From contig OZ024741.1 of NCBI GenBank assembly GCA_964016885.1, positions 30,008,001 through 30,072,000 on the forward strand: 64,000 bases of DNA, in the 5' to 3' direction. Position 1 is the first letter of the stretch, and each line of letters opens with the position of its first letter. This document shows positions 40,520 to 54,866 of the stretch, piece after piece. The DNA is from Eledone cirrhosa. Lineage: Eukaryota. The translations under genes were made by a program, and so were the position numbers. A model generated the notes under the pieces. That model was given only the letters and a program-made list of their open reading frames with translations, did no database searches and was not told the origin of the DNA.

Positions 40520-41068
40520 TTCTGGTTTTATAATTTCACAAATGTTTGCCAATAGAGAGAGTCGGTTTCTAACATAGACACAAGATTCTCTCATTGGAAT
40601 TTAAACAGCAGCAGCTAGGTAGATACGTATGCACGCCTGCATGTATGCATGTGTAGATATGGATGTTATTGTATGTGTGGATGTGAATGTTTTGAGTTGT
40701 ATGTTTGCATGTGTATCTGCTTAGTATCTGTACATGTGTATATGCAGTTATTAGATGCGAAATATTTGGAATGTTTTACATATTTTTACTGTTCCATTAA
40801 TGGATTGTACTTGTAATTTCCTAACAAGTTGTGTTCTTTCTGTTCCTGTGAAGCCCAGCTTCCAAGATTTGTATTGAGGCAGTTACTGACATATCCCAGT
40901 GCCCCAATAATCACAGGCATAAATCTGAAGGTGTAATCAGGGTTGAGTATCTGCAGATTTCTCATCAGTTCTGCATATTCTCCTTTTCGCTAATCTTTGA
41001 TATTAAATTGGTATCTGCTTGACAGCTAACTTCCACTACTGTGCATGCCCTCTTTTCCCTGTCCCATA
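40520..41068 (-). mobile_element. R4/Dong-like non-LTR retrotransposon 3' fragment (restriction-like endonuclease)
   Basis: WDREKRACTVVEVSCQADTN..KISEKE..YAELMRNLQIL..FMPVIIGALG..GTVKICKTF, frameshifted. Confidence 0.7.
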
Positions 41069-42208
41069 TATGTATGTATATATGTAGTATGTATGTATGT
41101 ATGCATGTATGCATGTATGTATTTATGTATGTATGTATGCGTGTATGTGTGTATGTATGTATGTTTATGTATGCTTACGTATCTATGTGTGTGTATATGT
41201 ATGTGTACGCATGTATTTACGTATGTATGTATGTATATCGCGCGGTTAAACCACTGGGGGTGAAGGACCCCCTAGCCTTTGTTGAGGCATTCTTCTAGGA
41301 GAAGGCCATTCAGGAAACTGGGATAACTCCGACATAACATTTGCGGTCTTCTTTTCTAGTTATAGTTACTGTTGCTCAGCGAGTGGGATTGGCTCAGTAC
41401 TCTTTCAGTCTTTATGTAGGTATTTATGTATATATGTATTTATGTAGGTATTTATGTATATATGTATTTATGTAGGTATTTATGTATATATGTATTATGT
41501 ATGTATGTGTGTATATATGTATGTATGTGTGGGTGTATGTATGCAGGTATGTATGTTTATGTATGTTTATGTATCTATGTGTGTATATATGTATGTATGT
41601 ATATGTATGTACGTATGTATTTATGTATGTATGTATGTATGTGTGTGTCTATGTATGTATTTATAAGTGTGTGTATGTATGTGTGCATGAATTCATGTAT
41701 TCATGTACATATGTATTTAAGTATTTATGTCTATATGTATTATGTATGTATATATGTATGTATGTGTGTATGTATTTATGCTTATGTATCGATGTGTATT
41801 TATATGTATCTGTAGGTATGTGTAAGTATGTATTTATGTATGTATGTGTGTGTCTAAATATGTATTTATAAGTGTGTGTATGTATGTATGTATGCATGTA
41901 TGTGTTCATGTATGTAAGTATTTATGTATATATGTATTATGTTTGTGTGTATCTATGTATGTATGTATTTATGTGTATGTTTGTATGGTTCTATGCACGT
42001 GTCTATGTATGTACATATGCATGTGTGTATGCATATATATGTATGTATATATATATATCTATGTGTATATGTATATATGTATACACATATATATATATAT
42101 ATATATATATCTGTATGTAAAATGTAAACAGAAATTATAAAGATCGAAAAACGACACAGTACATGGAAGACATATATATTTTTAACGGTTGAAATAGAAG
42201 CAAGAGAG

Positions 42209-42244
42209 TCTTAACGATTCGGACACTAGTCCTTCATCAGAAGA
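42209..42244 (-). ncRNA. Degenerate minimal hammerhead
   Basis: tctt-CTGATGA-aggactagtgtcc-GAAT-cgtta-aga. One core mismatch. Confidence 0.55.
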
Positions 42245-42634
42245 TAGAGTTAGAAATAGAAGATAAATAGAAAGTAAAGGGTGATAAGAAGAACCAACGG
42301 GGAAAATGATGAAAAAAGGAGATAAAAAAACACGTGCGTATTCAGTCGGCCATTTTGGAGAGTTCCTGGTCAAGTGGAACCTACCCCGTTAGGTATGTTT
42401 AGGCAGGGAAGTAATACATGTATAGTGAGTATGCCTGCTTGTGTTGGTGTCCAACTGTATGTGTGTGTGTATGTGTGTGTGTGTGTGTATGTGTGTGTGT
42501 GTGTGCAGGTATGCGCCTTGACAAGCTGGCTGCTGAGATGGTGGGGATGCGTACACGTGATCTGTCCGATGTAAAGGTGTGTATAAGAATGTATATGAAT
42601 GTCTACTTATACGTAGATAAACACACATTGACAG

Positions 42635-42812
42635 TGGAGCTCTAGTGTCCTTGGCCCTAGGGCCATCTCCCTACTCACCACCATCGGCACAGATACGGCT
42701 TCCTGCAGGTATCAGTCTCCCGAGCTGGAATGGCTCTTCCAGTGTGTCTCACTAACAATCCTCCGAGAAAATGCCTTCTCTATCCTGTTCACCGGGGTCA
42801 CAGGTTGGCCAG
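42635..42812 (+). mobile_element. CRE-like retrotransposon 3' fragment
   Basis: VELSSVLGPRAISLLTTIG..ELEWLFQCVSLTILRENAFSIL-like peptide. Confidence 0.6.
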
Positions 42813-43149
42813 TCTATCGCGACTGCTGAGCAGCCAGCGCTCGGGTCCCCATTTGCTCACAATAAGTAGAGATGAGGAGAGAAAGAGGTAGCGACAAGGA
42901 GAGTTTATTTTTTTTATGTTCAGACCTGGTGTATATATGTGTATATTGGGAGAGAATGAGTGTTTGGTAGTATCTACATTCTTTTGACTCTATCTCTAGT
43001 TTACTTAACAACTTTATTTATTAAAACACACACATAGCAACAGCCGAGAGGGGTTGTGTTGAAAAAAGGCTGCAGTGAAAATGGTAGTAACCAGTATATT
43101 CGTTACCTGGTATGGCTGCAAGTGAAGCTGCTTATATATTATATATATA

Positions 43150-44150
43150 CTAGCATTAAAGCCCGGTGTTGCTCGGGGTCATTAAGTTACCAAAGTTAGG
43201 TTGCACCACCCATTTTATGGCAGAACTTTTTTGTCTGCTAGGCACTGGGTGAATGAATTGCAGACCTGGAAGCATGAGCTGCGCCAGCAGTGAAAATTGT
43301 AATTTCGCCTATGGATATTATCTCTGTGCAAAAAAGTGTTGAAATTTATTGTTTCACAGCACTTGCGCAACACGCGCGTAGACGATGTCAGCCGAACAAC
43401 AGAGCTGCGATGGAGTTGTTCTGCATGGTTTTCTGTGTGTTTTCTAAATTTAAGACAGTAGGGAGGGTTGTGATATGAGGGAGAGTTAGCTGTTGTTTCT
43501 AGCAGGTTGAGTGACCTCATAGAGGATATATGTTTTCTAAATTTAAGACAGTAGGGAGTGGTGTGATATGGGGGAGAGTTAGCTGCTGTTTCTAGCAGGT
43601 TTAGTGACCTCATAGAAGATATGTTTTCTAAATTTAAGACAGTAGGGTGGGGTGTGATATGGGGGAGAGTTAGCTGCTGTTTCTAGCAGGTTTAGTAACC
43701 TCATAGAGGATATGTGTTTTCTAAATTTAAGACAGTAGGGAGTGGTGTGAGGAGGGGTGTGTTATGGGGGAGAGTTAGCTGCTGTTTCTAGCAGGTTTAG
43801 TAACCTCATAGAGGATATGTGTTTTCTAAATTTAAGACAGTAGGGAGTGGTGTGAACGGACAGTATCACCACCAACCTTGGAAAGAGAAAGTAGCAGAAA
43901 GTATGAAGTTGTATAGATTTTGAATGGTAGTAGAAAGCTTCAGCAGTTTAAATGAGAGAGAAAAATCGTAAAATATTGAGTTTTATCTATTTTTTGCGTA
44001 ATTGTGAGTGAAATTGAAAAAATTATCTGCGTCAAGACGCAATCGAAACTATTTCGCATACAGAATTGTAAATTTCAATTGAAGAAATTCTATATCGGAG
44101 ATTTCTATAACGAAGGAGCATGACCACACACTGAGCTTTATAGATTATGA
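43150..44150 (-). mobile_element. Non-autonomous Helitron-like element with internal minisatellite
   Basis: The minus strand begins A|TCataatctataaagc and ends cccgagcaacaccggg-ctttaatg-CTAG|T, the same 3' hairpin type as 6725-6752. Confidence 0.75.
43431..43855. repeat. ~92-bp tandem repeat, about 4.5 copies
   Basis: ttttctaaatttaagacagtaggg..gagagttagctgctgtttctagcagg..acctcatagagg repeated. Confidence 0.9.
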
Positions 44151-44155
44151 TATAA

Positions 44156-44399
44156 AAGGGATAAAAAAATATCGTTATAGGTAATCCAGTTAGAGGTTGT
44201 GAATACTTCGTATTATGGATAGTTTTAGCGTACGGCGTGGATTGACTCAACAAGAGGTTTACGTAGGTGGCGAGTTTATGATTTCACTTGTATTTCTATG
44301 CAAGTTTATCTTGGAGGAATAATAGTGAAAAAAGTGAAGAATAACATGTTTAACAGTACAAAAAAGTGTTTTATTTACAGTCTGACAATTGTTCCACTG

Positions 44400-44400
<1 letters not shown>
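44156..44400 (-). mobile_element. PLE-terminus-like tail, same family as 54867-55114
   Basis: ggtaatccagttagaggttgtga..ttgactcaacaagaggttt..gtgaagaataacatg is shared. Confidence 0.7.
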
Positions 44401-44474
<74 letters not shown>

Positions 44475-44477
<3 letters not shown>

Positions 44478-44760
44478 GAATAAATTAACAGAGAACAAAA
44501 AACAGAGAGGCAGTACAAATGATATGGTTTTTAGTTTCACGCTTGAGAGTGGTGGGGGGGGGGAGACGACGTTTCGGGCATAGGCCCTTCATAAGGAGAA
44601 CAGTGGGTAGGAAGAGAATTTCGAGGGTGTGTGGGGGTGGTGGAAACACATTTAAAAAGGGGGGGGGGGACAAGAGGGAGGAAAAACAATTTTTAAAGAG
44701 TAAAGGAAATTTTAAAAGTACAAATAAGAATAAATATATATATATATAAATATATATATA
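44475..44760 (-). mobile_element. 3' terminus of the 1946-4116 PLE family
   Basis: aaaacagagaggcag.acaaat..ttcacgct..gacgtttcgggcata is shared with 1970-2110. Confidence 0.7.
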
Positions 44761-45395
44761 TAATAAAATAAAACAAGGACGATTGGTTACTTGTTCATTA
44801 CGTTTATTGGTTGGTGACACGCGTTTCGCCACTGATCAGCTCAAAGTTCGATCTGTATCCATCTAGCCCATCTCTGTAATCCACCTACAGTAACTCCAAG
44901 TTACACACACTGGATATATATATATATAAACAAAGGTTTCATGGTATTTAATTGATCGTTTCTACCTAACTTAATACTTGAAAAAAAAAACGGTCACGCA
45001 TCATATACCTCTATTCTTCTTTTCCTTATGTAATTATATTATACCATATATATCTCCCTTTCTTCATTTTTATCTTCATCTCTCTATCTTTTCCTTTTCT
45101 CCTCTATTTAATTCTCTCTCTCTCTCTCATTTGCTTTTTTCTCTAATACGGATATTTACATATTTAATTATTTAAATTTTTAACAGTTATGTAGTTATAT
45201 GTTTATATTTTTTACTTGTCTTTATATATACTTATTATATTTTTTCTACACGTTCTCCTACGTACCCTCTCAGTTATATGTAGTTTGTCATGTTACAACT
45301 TATGGTATATAAATATTGAGTTTTGTCATAACTAATCACTGCCAAGACAGGAATTGAACCATCAGTACAGTTGAGGTATGTCAGACATCTATTTA

Positions 45396-45457
45396 TTTTA
45401 TCTGATGAGGACGTACTGAGGAAACAGCACAGTACCTCAGAAATATGTATAATAAAA
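45396..45457 (+). ncRNA. Minimal hammerhead ribozyme
   Basis: ttttat-CTGATGA-gga.gtactg..cagtacctca-GAAA-tatgtata-ataaaa. Confidence 0.7.
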
Positions 45458-45724
45458 TATATTTGATCACATAAATGTCTATATTTATTAATATTTTGAA
45501 TTAATATATATATATGTATGTATATATATATATATATTTGTGTGTGTGTACGTATGTGTATGCAATTCTGTGTGTAAGTGTGTTTGCGTATGTGTGTGTG
45601 TGTATACGTGTGTATGAATGTATTTATCTGTATACACAATCGATTTAAATGATATGCTTCCATAGAAATAGTTTAACAATTTGGGAGGGTCGGTCTGCAA
45701 ATATCAAGTCTCTCTATCTCACCC

Positions 45725-45840
<116 letters not shown>

Positions 45841-45867
45841 TATAATATATATATATATAATATATAT

Positions 45868-45969
<102 letters not shown>

Positions 45970-45970
45970 T

Positions 45971-46002
<32 letters not shown>

Positions 46003-46029
46003 ATATATATATATATATATAATATATAT

Positions 46030-46072
<43 letters not shown>

Positions 46073-46073
46073 T

Positions 46074-46177
<104 letters not shown>

Positions 46178-46250
46178 ATATATATGTGTTTATGTATATA
46201 TAATATATGCATGCATTTTATATATGTATGTATATTTCTACCCCTCTCCG

Positions 46251-46319
<69 letters not shown>

Positions 46320-46697
46320 CTATCTCTATATATCTGGGATGGACACACGCGTGAAACTTGCTGAGTACGTTCTGTTTAAATTTCTATAGAAATTCCTGTT
46401 TGTAAACTTTAATTTTTGTACCATTTTGTAGAGGGACTGTCAGGTCAAACTTTGATCTGGTCAGCCTCTCAAAATATTCTACGCCTTTAGGCGAAATAGT
46501 TAAACAAAAGTTTTTTTTGTTGAAAAGTTAACATTTTTTTTAAATGGCTGACGTTTCTTCACCAAAATTCGAAGAAGGAAAGGGGAAGATAAGCTTACGG
46601 GCTTCCCCTTGCCACTGTCACAGTAGCAGAGGTTAAAGACAAAGGTCAGCCAGAGGAAGGATTTTCTCCACCTGCTGACCGACAACTTGACGTTGCC

Positions 46698-48352
46698 ATG
46701 GCAACAAACCAAAGAACCAGCGACACCAGCAACAGCAACAACAAAAACAATACTACGGACGAAAACAACACCAATAACAATAACAACAACAACAAGACCA
46801 ATAACTGTGATAACAACAACAATGATAACAACAACACCACCAACTGCAACAGCAACACAAACAAGGAAAATGTCTCCTTCGCCCAGACGGCAAGGAAAAC
46901 CCTCGACTATCTACCAGTAGATATAACCAAAGCGAAGGAGCTACTGGCAGATGCCAAAAATATATAGTGTACGGGGAAAATGGTACATTTTCGATTCACT
47001 CCCCCCCGGAACTAAAAAGCCAGAGACTCCTAAACACTGTCATGTTTAGGACAATCTTAAATAAAAGCAAAAAACCAGCTCAACCATCACAGAGTGAGAT
47101 AGAGCTGGTTTTAAAAGACGTCATGAAGGACATCACCTTCATTCAGAAGGATAGACTCTACGGGAGTCTATCCATTATCATGAAGGGCAGGGACACAGCA
47201 GTGAAACTGTCCATCAAACCAATTACATCCACCGCATACACCTTCTACCCTACGTACATGGGTAGAAGGACACAAAAAATAAAAATCCACACCATCCTGC
47301 CGATTATGGACATATGGTGGGTTTTGACAGGTTCCTGAACCTGGATGATGAGACGCTGGTGTCCATGGGAAAGGCATCGGGTGACGCGTTCAGTGTAACG
47401 AGCCTCGAACTAATAGTTCAAATGAGGCCCGAAAGGATCGCACAGATCCCTGAACGCATCATACTGGATGATCAAACTTTCATCAACATTAGCGATGAGG
47501 GTAGGCGGCCCTCGTGTTACCTCTGTGGAACCAGAGGTCACCTGAGGGCTGTCTGTCTCCAACTTAATAAGAAAACCCCAATCCTGCCTACACCACCAAC
47601 AACTGCACAACCAACGCAATCACCACAACTACCACTACAAAAACAACAACCACAGCTCAAACCAAAACAAAACAATGTCCAACCCATCTCCCCCACTAAA
47701 AAAAAAACAATTTCCAAAACACCCGCACCGCAAACACAACCCGAAAATATACCCCTCCCCTCCAACGCGGAAGAATACCCTAGTTCGTCGTCAGACGAGG
47801 AGGAGCACTTCCCCACAATCAAAAGAAAAAAAAGAAAACACACCTCAGACACACAAATGAAAACAACCCCTCCCCAAAACATAACATTGACACCAACACA
47901 AAAGAGCTCACAACAACAGCAAACAAAAAACACCACACAAAAACAAAAACATGCATACACATACATAAACACAAGAAACAAAAAAACTGTTAAACATTGT
48001 GTACAACAACAATTTAATAAAAACCTAAGGGCCTAACTTCACTCAGGCAGGGGATTTCCCCCACCTCAAAATGATTAAGGCCCCACAGGACACTTATAAA
48101 ACTTTAAAAAACAACTTTAAAGAGGACGTGGATCCCCCCTGCGTCGGGCCCATTAACCGCGTCCTCCTAAAAAACTACCCCACCCCCTCCCCAAACACCC
48201 ACACAGCTCCAAACACCCACACAGCTCCAAACACCCCAACCGCACAACACACTGATGCACCTACACTTCCACAAACCACCACCCCACCCCAAAACCCATC
48301 CCCCACCCTAATGGAAATTGTGCAGCCCGATACCCGGGACGCAGAGAGGTAA
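46698..48352 (+). pseudogene. LINE ORF1 (gag-like, CCHC knuckle), interrupted by stops and a frameshift
   Basis: VSFAQ; YMGRRTQKIKIH; GRRPSCYLCGTRGHLRAVC. Confidence 0.8.
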
Positions 48353-48376
48353 GTGCCTTTTCTCTTCACCACCAAC

Positions 48377-51300
48377 ATGGCTATGCTAAGAGTAGGCTGT
48401 TTAAATGCGCGTGGCCTGGGCTCAACTTGGAAGCAAGCAATGCTTCTAAATGACCTCAGGTCACAACGTATAGATGTGAAGGTTATTTGCGAGGCCCGGA
48501 TCAGCAACGTGCGACAGCTGGCCCCCACCTTTGATGACTTTGAGATGCACGCATCTCTCTGTCAGCCCGGAGGTGGGGGTGGGGTTGTCGTTCTGCTGCA
48601 AAAACATCTGGGTCTCGCAACACAGATGGTATATTTCGACCCGGAGGGTCGACTAGTGGTTCTGGACCTTGGCAGTGGTAAAGGCGGAGCGTTTAGGTTG
48701 GTAGCCGCCTACGGCCCTTTCGGGTCAATGCGACGGACTTCTTCCATCGTCTGGAGACTTGCTATTAGTGGGGGACTGGAATGGTATCCTAGATGCACGC
48801 TGGGACTACGTAGGGGCCTGTCCTGATAGAGAGGGGTGTAATAGCCTCAAAGGGTTAATCGGTCGATTTGACCTGGCCGATAGATATCGACTAGATTTTC
48901 CGACTGCGCCAACCTGGACTTGGGCAAATCGTAGCGGATCATCTAGGTCGTACCTAGTTCTTAGTTAGAAGTAAGGATAAGGACTTTTTAAGTTTTCCAA
49001 AAATGTGCATGGTTGGCTATTCAGACCACAAGTTAGTGACTTGCATGGTCAACCTTGACAGAACTCATAGACAAGGACCCGGTTACTGGAAGCTCAACTT
49101 GTCCTTACCGGCAAGTAAGGCTTACAGGGACCGGATTAGTACTTTAGTTAAGGAGCGGTTGACGGGCGCCATCGTCAACAGCAGGTGGTGGGGAACTCTC
49201 AAAAGAGAGATTACAGTAGTCTCTATAGAATTTAGTAAGGAGTTAGCCTCAAATAGAAATAGGAAGGAAAGGGAGTTGGTAGATAGTGTAGAAAAGGCAA
49301 TTAGAAGCGGTGACGTGGCCAGAGTGCTAGCGTCGAGAACGGCCCTGGGCTAGTTCTTCCACGCGAAACACGAAGGCTGCATTGTCCGAAGCAAAATACG
49401 TGCTCTGGGAAACGAGGAGACCAAAGCTGTTAGCTGGGCCCGCGTGACAGAAGCCAAAAGAGGGAGCAGATCCACTATCTGGACTTTGCGAGACCAGGAT
49501 CGACGGGTGATCCTTGAACCTAAGCAGATGTGCGAGGCTTTTCAAAAGCACTTTGCCGGATTGTTCGGAAGGGGCGGGGAGCTGGTTGGGGATGTGGACT
49601 TCGGTCCATACCTCGACGGCCTGCCGCGTCTCTCGGACAGGGAGGCGAAGTCCTGCGAGGAGCCGATTTCAGCAGCTGAGATAGAGGACGTGCTGAGCCA
49701 ATGCGGCAAACGCAAATCCCCGGGTCTCGATGGTCTTCCATACGAACTTTATCTAGCTATGACGGACTTGTTCCCCGATCTCCTCGAGGCGGTGTACTGC
49801 AACTGGCAACAGAACGGGAGATTTCCCTGTGCTGTGACCAAGGGCGTAGTCACGCTAGTGAGGAAGGAAGAGAACAAGGGGGACGATATAATTAATTTCA
49901 GGCCCATAACTCTGCTAAATACAGAGTTACAGATTTTGGCCAAGGTGCTAGCAATGAAGTTGGCGCTTGTCGTGGGCAACCTGGTGGGAGGTGCGCAGAC
50001 ATGTGCTATCCCGTCCAGGTCCATCTACGACAACCTCCACCTCATGCGATACATCATAGAAAGGGTTGGGAACGAACCCGGCTTTGGTGGCGCCCTGATC
50101 ATCTTGGATCAATCTAAGGCGTTCGTTAGGGTCGACCATGGTTACCTGGATGCGGTGCTAGCGGCGGCAGGCTTCGGACCCGTTTTCAGGGGCTGGATCA
50201 ATGCCATGCACAGCAGCCGCATCTGCTCTAGGGTCAAGGTGAACGGCTACTTCTCGGAGCCGTTCTAAATCGCGCGGTCCATCCGACAGGGGTGCCCTCT
50301 CTCCTCCCTTCTGTATGTAGTGACTCTAGAGCTACTGCTGCGGAAGTTGGAGTTGTTGCAGGGCATCCCGTTGGAACCGGGATTGCGGAAAGCGGTGTCG
50401 GCCTAAGCCTACGACGTAACAGTAATGGTGTCGACGGCCTCGGAAATCGAGGCGATCGGCACCTTACTGGAGGAGTACGACAGGTTTACAGGGGCTAAGC
50501 TGAACCGGGACAAGTCAATCGGTCTGCAACTCGGCACGTGGAGGGGCAGATCCATGCCCTCCGATAGCGTCGTCGGGCGCTGGACGGAGGGCCCGGTCAA
50601 GTTGCTCGGGGTCTGGTTCGGACCAGACCTCCTGGTGGAGAAGAACTGGGGTGAGATAACGAACAGGGTGTTTGCACTGACCCAGAAGTGGGCCGAGTGC
50701 AAACTGTCCCTGGAAGGTCGGGCGGAGGTGGCGAACACTTATATAGCGTCTGTCCTCTACTACCGCCTGACCGTTGTGCCTTGCCCAAGGGAAACGCTCG
50801 CCAAAATGGAGCGCGCATTCTTCCAATTCCTTTGGAAGAAGCGGTCTCCTATGGTGAGGAGATCCATCTGCTGTCAACACCCTTCGAAAGGAGGGCTGGG
50901 GATGCCGTGGCTAATGATACGTAAACACGCATTAAGGCTACGGCACCTCCAGGTATTCCTCTCCGGTCAACCGGTGTGGGCCCCGTTTGTGAGGCGAGCC
51001 TTTCCCAGACTCGTCTCACTCACCGAGCTGCAATCCTGGGTCAAGCAACGACCGAGAAAACTGGGCGCCTGGCAGACCGAGTGGCCCAGGCGCTCACGGC
51101 TCTCTGGCAGGCGGACCCTGCTGTCAGTGGAGAATCCACCTCGTCATTCTATAGAGAGCTGGTGGTTAGCAGATGCGACGACGCCCTCGGAGAAGCCCTA
51201 GGCATGGAAGAAGACGAACTGGCCAACCTGTTCGGTAGGACATTCAGCCCGGGACCCATGGATAACTTCCAGAGGTCCCTGGCCTGGCAGTGCTACAGAA

Positions 51301-51770
51301 GGGCTCTGCCCGTTCGAGAAAGGCTCTACAGACACGGGCGCCCGGGTAGGGACCCCTCGAAAAAGATCTGTCCCAGATGCGTGTGCGACGAGGAAACCGT
51401 TGCACACGCATTGGTACACTGCTCGGGCATTGCCGATCTGTGGGGCTATGTCGAACAACTGCTGTCAAGGGTGGGACCGATCCGGTTGACCACCGAGTCT
51501 ATTGTAACGATCAATCCGCCTCCCCTCTTCAAAAACGAAGGAGAGGCGGTGTTTCTGTGCGTAATAGCCATGGCAAAAGAGTTTGTATGTTGGACGCGTC
51601 TGAAAGGACCGAGGTCAGACACCTTTCTCTCTGGCCAACAACTGGTCCGTTTCTTCCGATATCATTTCGGAAGAAGGGTCAGGATGGAGAGAGAGGTGCT
51701 GCACCCCAGCCGTTTTTATGAAAGATGGGTGAAAGTGGCGAGAATGGCCCGTGTGAATCAGACTATAGGT
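48377..51770 (+). pseudogene. LINE ORF2: AP endonuclease, RT and C-terminal Cys/His motif, disrupted
   Basis: VGCLNARGL; VGDWNGI; SDHKLV; GPGYWKLN; KSPGLDGLPYE; FRPITLLNT; LDQSKAFVRVDH; IRQGCPLS; CPRCVCDEETVAHALVHC. Confidence 0.9.
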
Positions 51771-52054
51771 GAGGAAGATGAAAGATCAAGGGAGCACCCC
51801 TTCTCTGTGCTCCTGAGGAGAAGGGTTGCACACTTTTTTTCGGGGTTGTGTGTGACCCCCCCCCCCCCCCCCCCCCAAGGCGCCTCCTCTGTATTGAGGA
51901 TTTTGTTATAAATTTTATCTTGTTATATTTTATTTTATTTTTATATTTTGTTATTGCCTCCCCCTTATTGAGAACGCCTTGTTATGTAAACTCCCCCCAT
52001 TGTACTTGTCCCACTTTTTGATGCCCTGGTGGCAAATAAAAAGCAAATTATCTA

Positions 52055-52121
<67 letters not shown>

Positions 52122-52707
52122 GTTGAGAGAATGAGAGAAAGAAATAGAGAGGGTGATAGAGAGAATGAGAGAGAGAGAGAGAGAGAGAGACAGAGTGAGA
52201 GGGGGAGAGAGAGAGACAGTAGTGGGAGAAATACATAAATACAGACCGAGATATTTAAACGTGTCTTAGTAATCGCTCTCAAGGATATTTTGCATAGGAA
52301 AAAGACTTTTGTATTGTATATAGAGCAAGTGATGTGTGTGATTTGTAACGTAGGTTAATTCCTTTCTCACGTATAAATATACATGTCGTTGAATACTTAA
52401 TAGTGTCTTTATAGACACTAACATTTAAAATTTAACTCACACTTGTAGGTTTCTATATTATATGGAGTCTGTACATATCTCGTATATATGTGGGTCTAGA
52501 TGTTATATCTGAGCTGATACTCGTAAAATATTCTCGTATAATATAATATTTCTTCTTAAACCTTTGCATTATTTAAACGTACTTCATTCTACAAGACTCA
52601 CCATAAAATATGCTCTCTTTAGAAGCACACAAATATTCATTTATATTTACACACACACACACACTCACACACACACACATATATATATATAGTATATATA
52701 TATATAT

Positions 52708-52840
52708 AAAATTCAGGACCCCGACGGCTGAGCTCCGGCCGTTGGGGTCCTGAGTTTTTCATATCACCCACTCTACTACCCAAGTATCGAGTACTCTGGT
52801 GAGTAATGGTCTAACTGCTTTTTACCGCTTCCATTCTGAT
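52708..52840 (+). mobile_element. Ultra-short hairpin insert (family of 1590 and 37306)
   Basis: Arms 52708-52728 / 52738-52758. Tail ccactctactacccaagtatcgagtactctggt. Confidence 0.75.
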
Positions 52841-52962
52841 ATATATATATATTACTAAAACTCTGCGATTGCTCTCTTGCTTGCTTGTCTGTAATGTAAT
52901 TCGAAAACCTCAGATTACATTTATTGTATTCAGCCATGTAGAGCGATAACTTTTTTTTTAGT

Positions 52963-53021
<59 letters not shown>

Positions 53022-53499
53022 GAGAGAGAGAGAGGGAGGGAAACAGAGAGATTTCTTCTGTGAATCCACTGTCTCGGACGCTCAGTATAACCGAAGTTGT
53101 GTTGTTCCAGAGTAACATATGCGAGTGGTGTATTATACATGATTCACACGCTTAAATGTAGATTCCCTTACGACACTATTGGCCTATTGGGAACGTCGGA
53201 GAATAATAGAGAATATCGTTAGGGCTCCGACTTGTAACTGAGATTCTCACGCAAGAGTCTCAGAAGGAAATATTAAACATTATCAAGGTTTCTCATTTTA
53301 CTTCTCATCTTTTCACTTATTCTTATGTCTCTTATCCGGTTTTGATACTTCAATATTTACCATACTGCCAGTATTGTAGCGGTTTCTTAAATATGCTTAA
53401 ATGTTTGTGTTCCCCCAATAGTTCAAGCAAACTTTAACACAATCTCTCACACACGCGCAGGTACAAGCATACACATACACACAAATATAAACAGATTCC

Positions 53500-53555
<56 letters not shown>

Positions 53556-53576
53556 TACACATATAATATAGAAATA

Positions 53577-53660
53577 GCTTCTACAGATCTAGAACAGTTT
53601 CATTCGGGAGAAATCATCAGGGCTTCCTGTTGATTTCTCCCGAATGAAAGAGTTCTAGTC
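53577..53660. mobile_element. Back-to-back hammerhead palindrome of the 32355 family
   Basis: ctagaacagtttcattcgggagaaatcatcagg / gctt / cctgttgatttctcccgaatgaaagagttctag. Confidence 0.7.
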
Positions 53661-54635
53661 CTAATTGAATATACCTGTCTCTAAAGCCTTCCCCTCTGGC
53701 CTGCACCTTCAATCAGTATATATTTGCAATATACAGGGGTGGGCTGAACATTTCATAGGCTGACTATAAAGGAGTAATGCTAGAGAAATGAAATCTAGCA
53801 TGCTTTAATTTCAACTCTATTTGTTGTTCCTTTCCAGGGACTATGTTGAAAAATAAACCCCATTTAGCCATTCAATGAGAGTATCTTGGTCAATATACGA
53901 ATTTCTGAACCTTTAGTATTTCTATCTGTCCCACGTATATATTTTAAGGCTTTGTGATTTCTTTGATTCTATAACATGGTTTGAGGGGGATTTAGCGGCT
54001 TTATCAAGCAAACAAACTAACTCCTCTACTTTGATAGAGTTTGCTGCTCTGTCAAACATAGTTCCTGCTCATAAACGGTTTATCAAAAGCGTTCCAGATA
54101 TGACCGTCCAATATTTGTTTAATATGTAGGATTTCTTTTTCCGATGAAACCTTCCGTATTGAAAGACAAAGATAAATCATTTGATGGAGATTTAGCTAAT
54201 ATATGCATCTGATCAAGCAATAACACACAGAGCTTTCTTCGTCGTCTCGCCATCATTGTATATATTTTCAATAGAGAGATTAGTGTTACAGATAAATATA
54301 TTTTCTTTTCTTTATAAATAGTGGCAATCATTTCCGAATTTATCTCACTTCATTGCATCTTTATATTCTCCAAAGTCCAAATTTAAAATGTAAATTCACG
54401 GATTTAAAGAAATTTATCTATATATTTATCTATTTATTTATTTATTTTATTTATTTCATTTATCTATCTATTTATTTATTTATTTATTTATTTATTTATT
54501 TTTGTTTAATTATTTATTTAGTCTTTTCTGTTGATACTTTTGAATAAATAAACCTCTGATTTCCTCGAAGAATGGTAAAATTCTTTATCGTCGTAGATTT
54601 ATAAGAGCTATTCTTTTCTCTTATTCCAGTATACA

Positions 54636-54712
54636 TGTATCCTGAAATGGCTTCTACTGGACTAGAACTGTTTCATTCGAAGGGAATAATCAGGAGAGCC
54701 GACTGTCAATGT
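54636..54712 (-). ncRNA. Degenerate hammerhead of the 32355 family
   Basis: ctc-CTGATTA-ttcccttcgaat-GAAA-cagttctagtccag-ta-gaagcc. Confidence 0.55.
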
Positions 54713-54866
54713 ATATATATATATATATACCACCACTATCCCATATGTTATCTCATATATATATATATATATATACCCCCACTATCAAGCGTGAACCTAA
54801 TACCTAACAGCTTTCGTACCTGTACTCCTTGTTGTTATTGTTTACTTTTCTAATATATATATATAT

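Larger units (their letters stand above)
46336..52050 (+). mobile_element. Near full-length degenerate Tx1/L1-clade LINE
   Basis: 5' UTR begins right after (TATC)n, followed by ORF1 and ORF2 remnants. The 3' end aataaaaagcaaat runs into tatctatct. Confidence 0.9.

Noticed and set aside
43431-43855. CRISPR-like regular repeat
   Set aside because: No unique spacers, no cas genes and a eukaryotic context; it is a plain minisatellite.
53732-53830. Mariner-like terminal sequence (tacaggggtgggctgaacatttcataggctgac)
   Set aside because: No matching second TIR was found.
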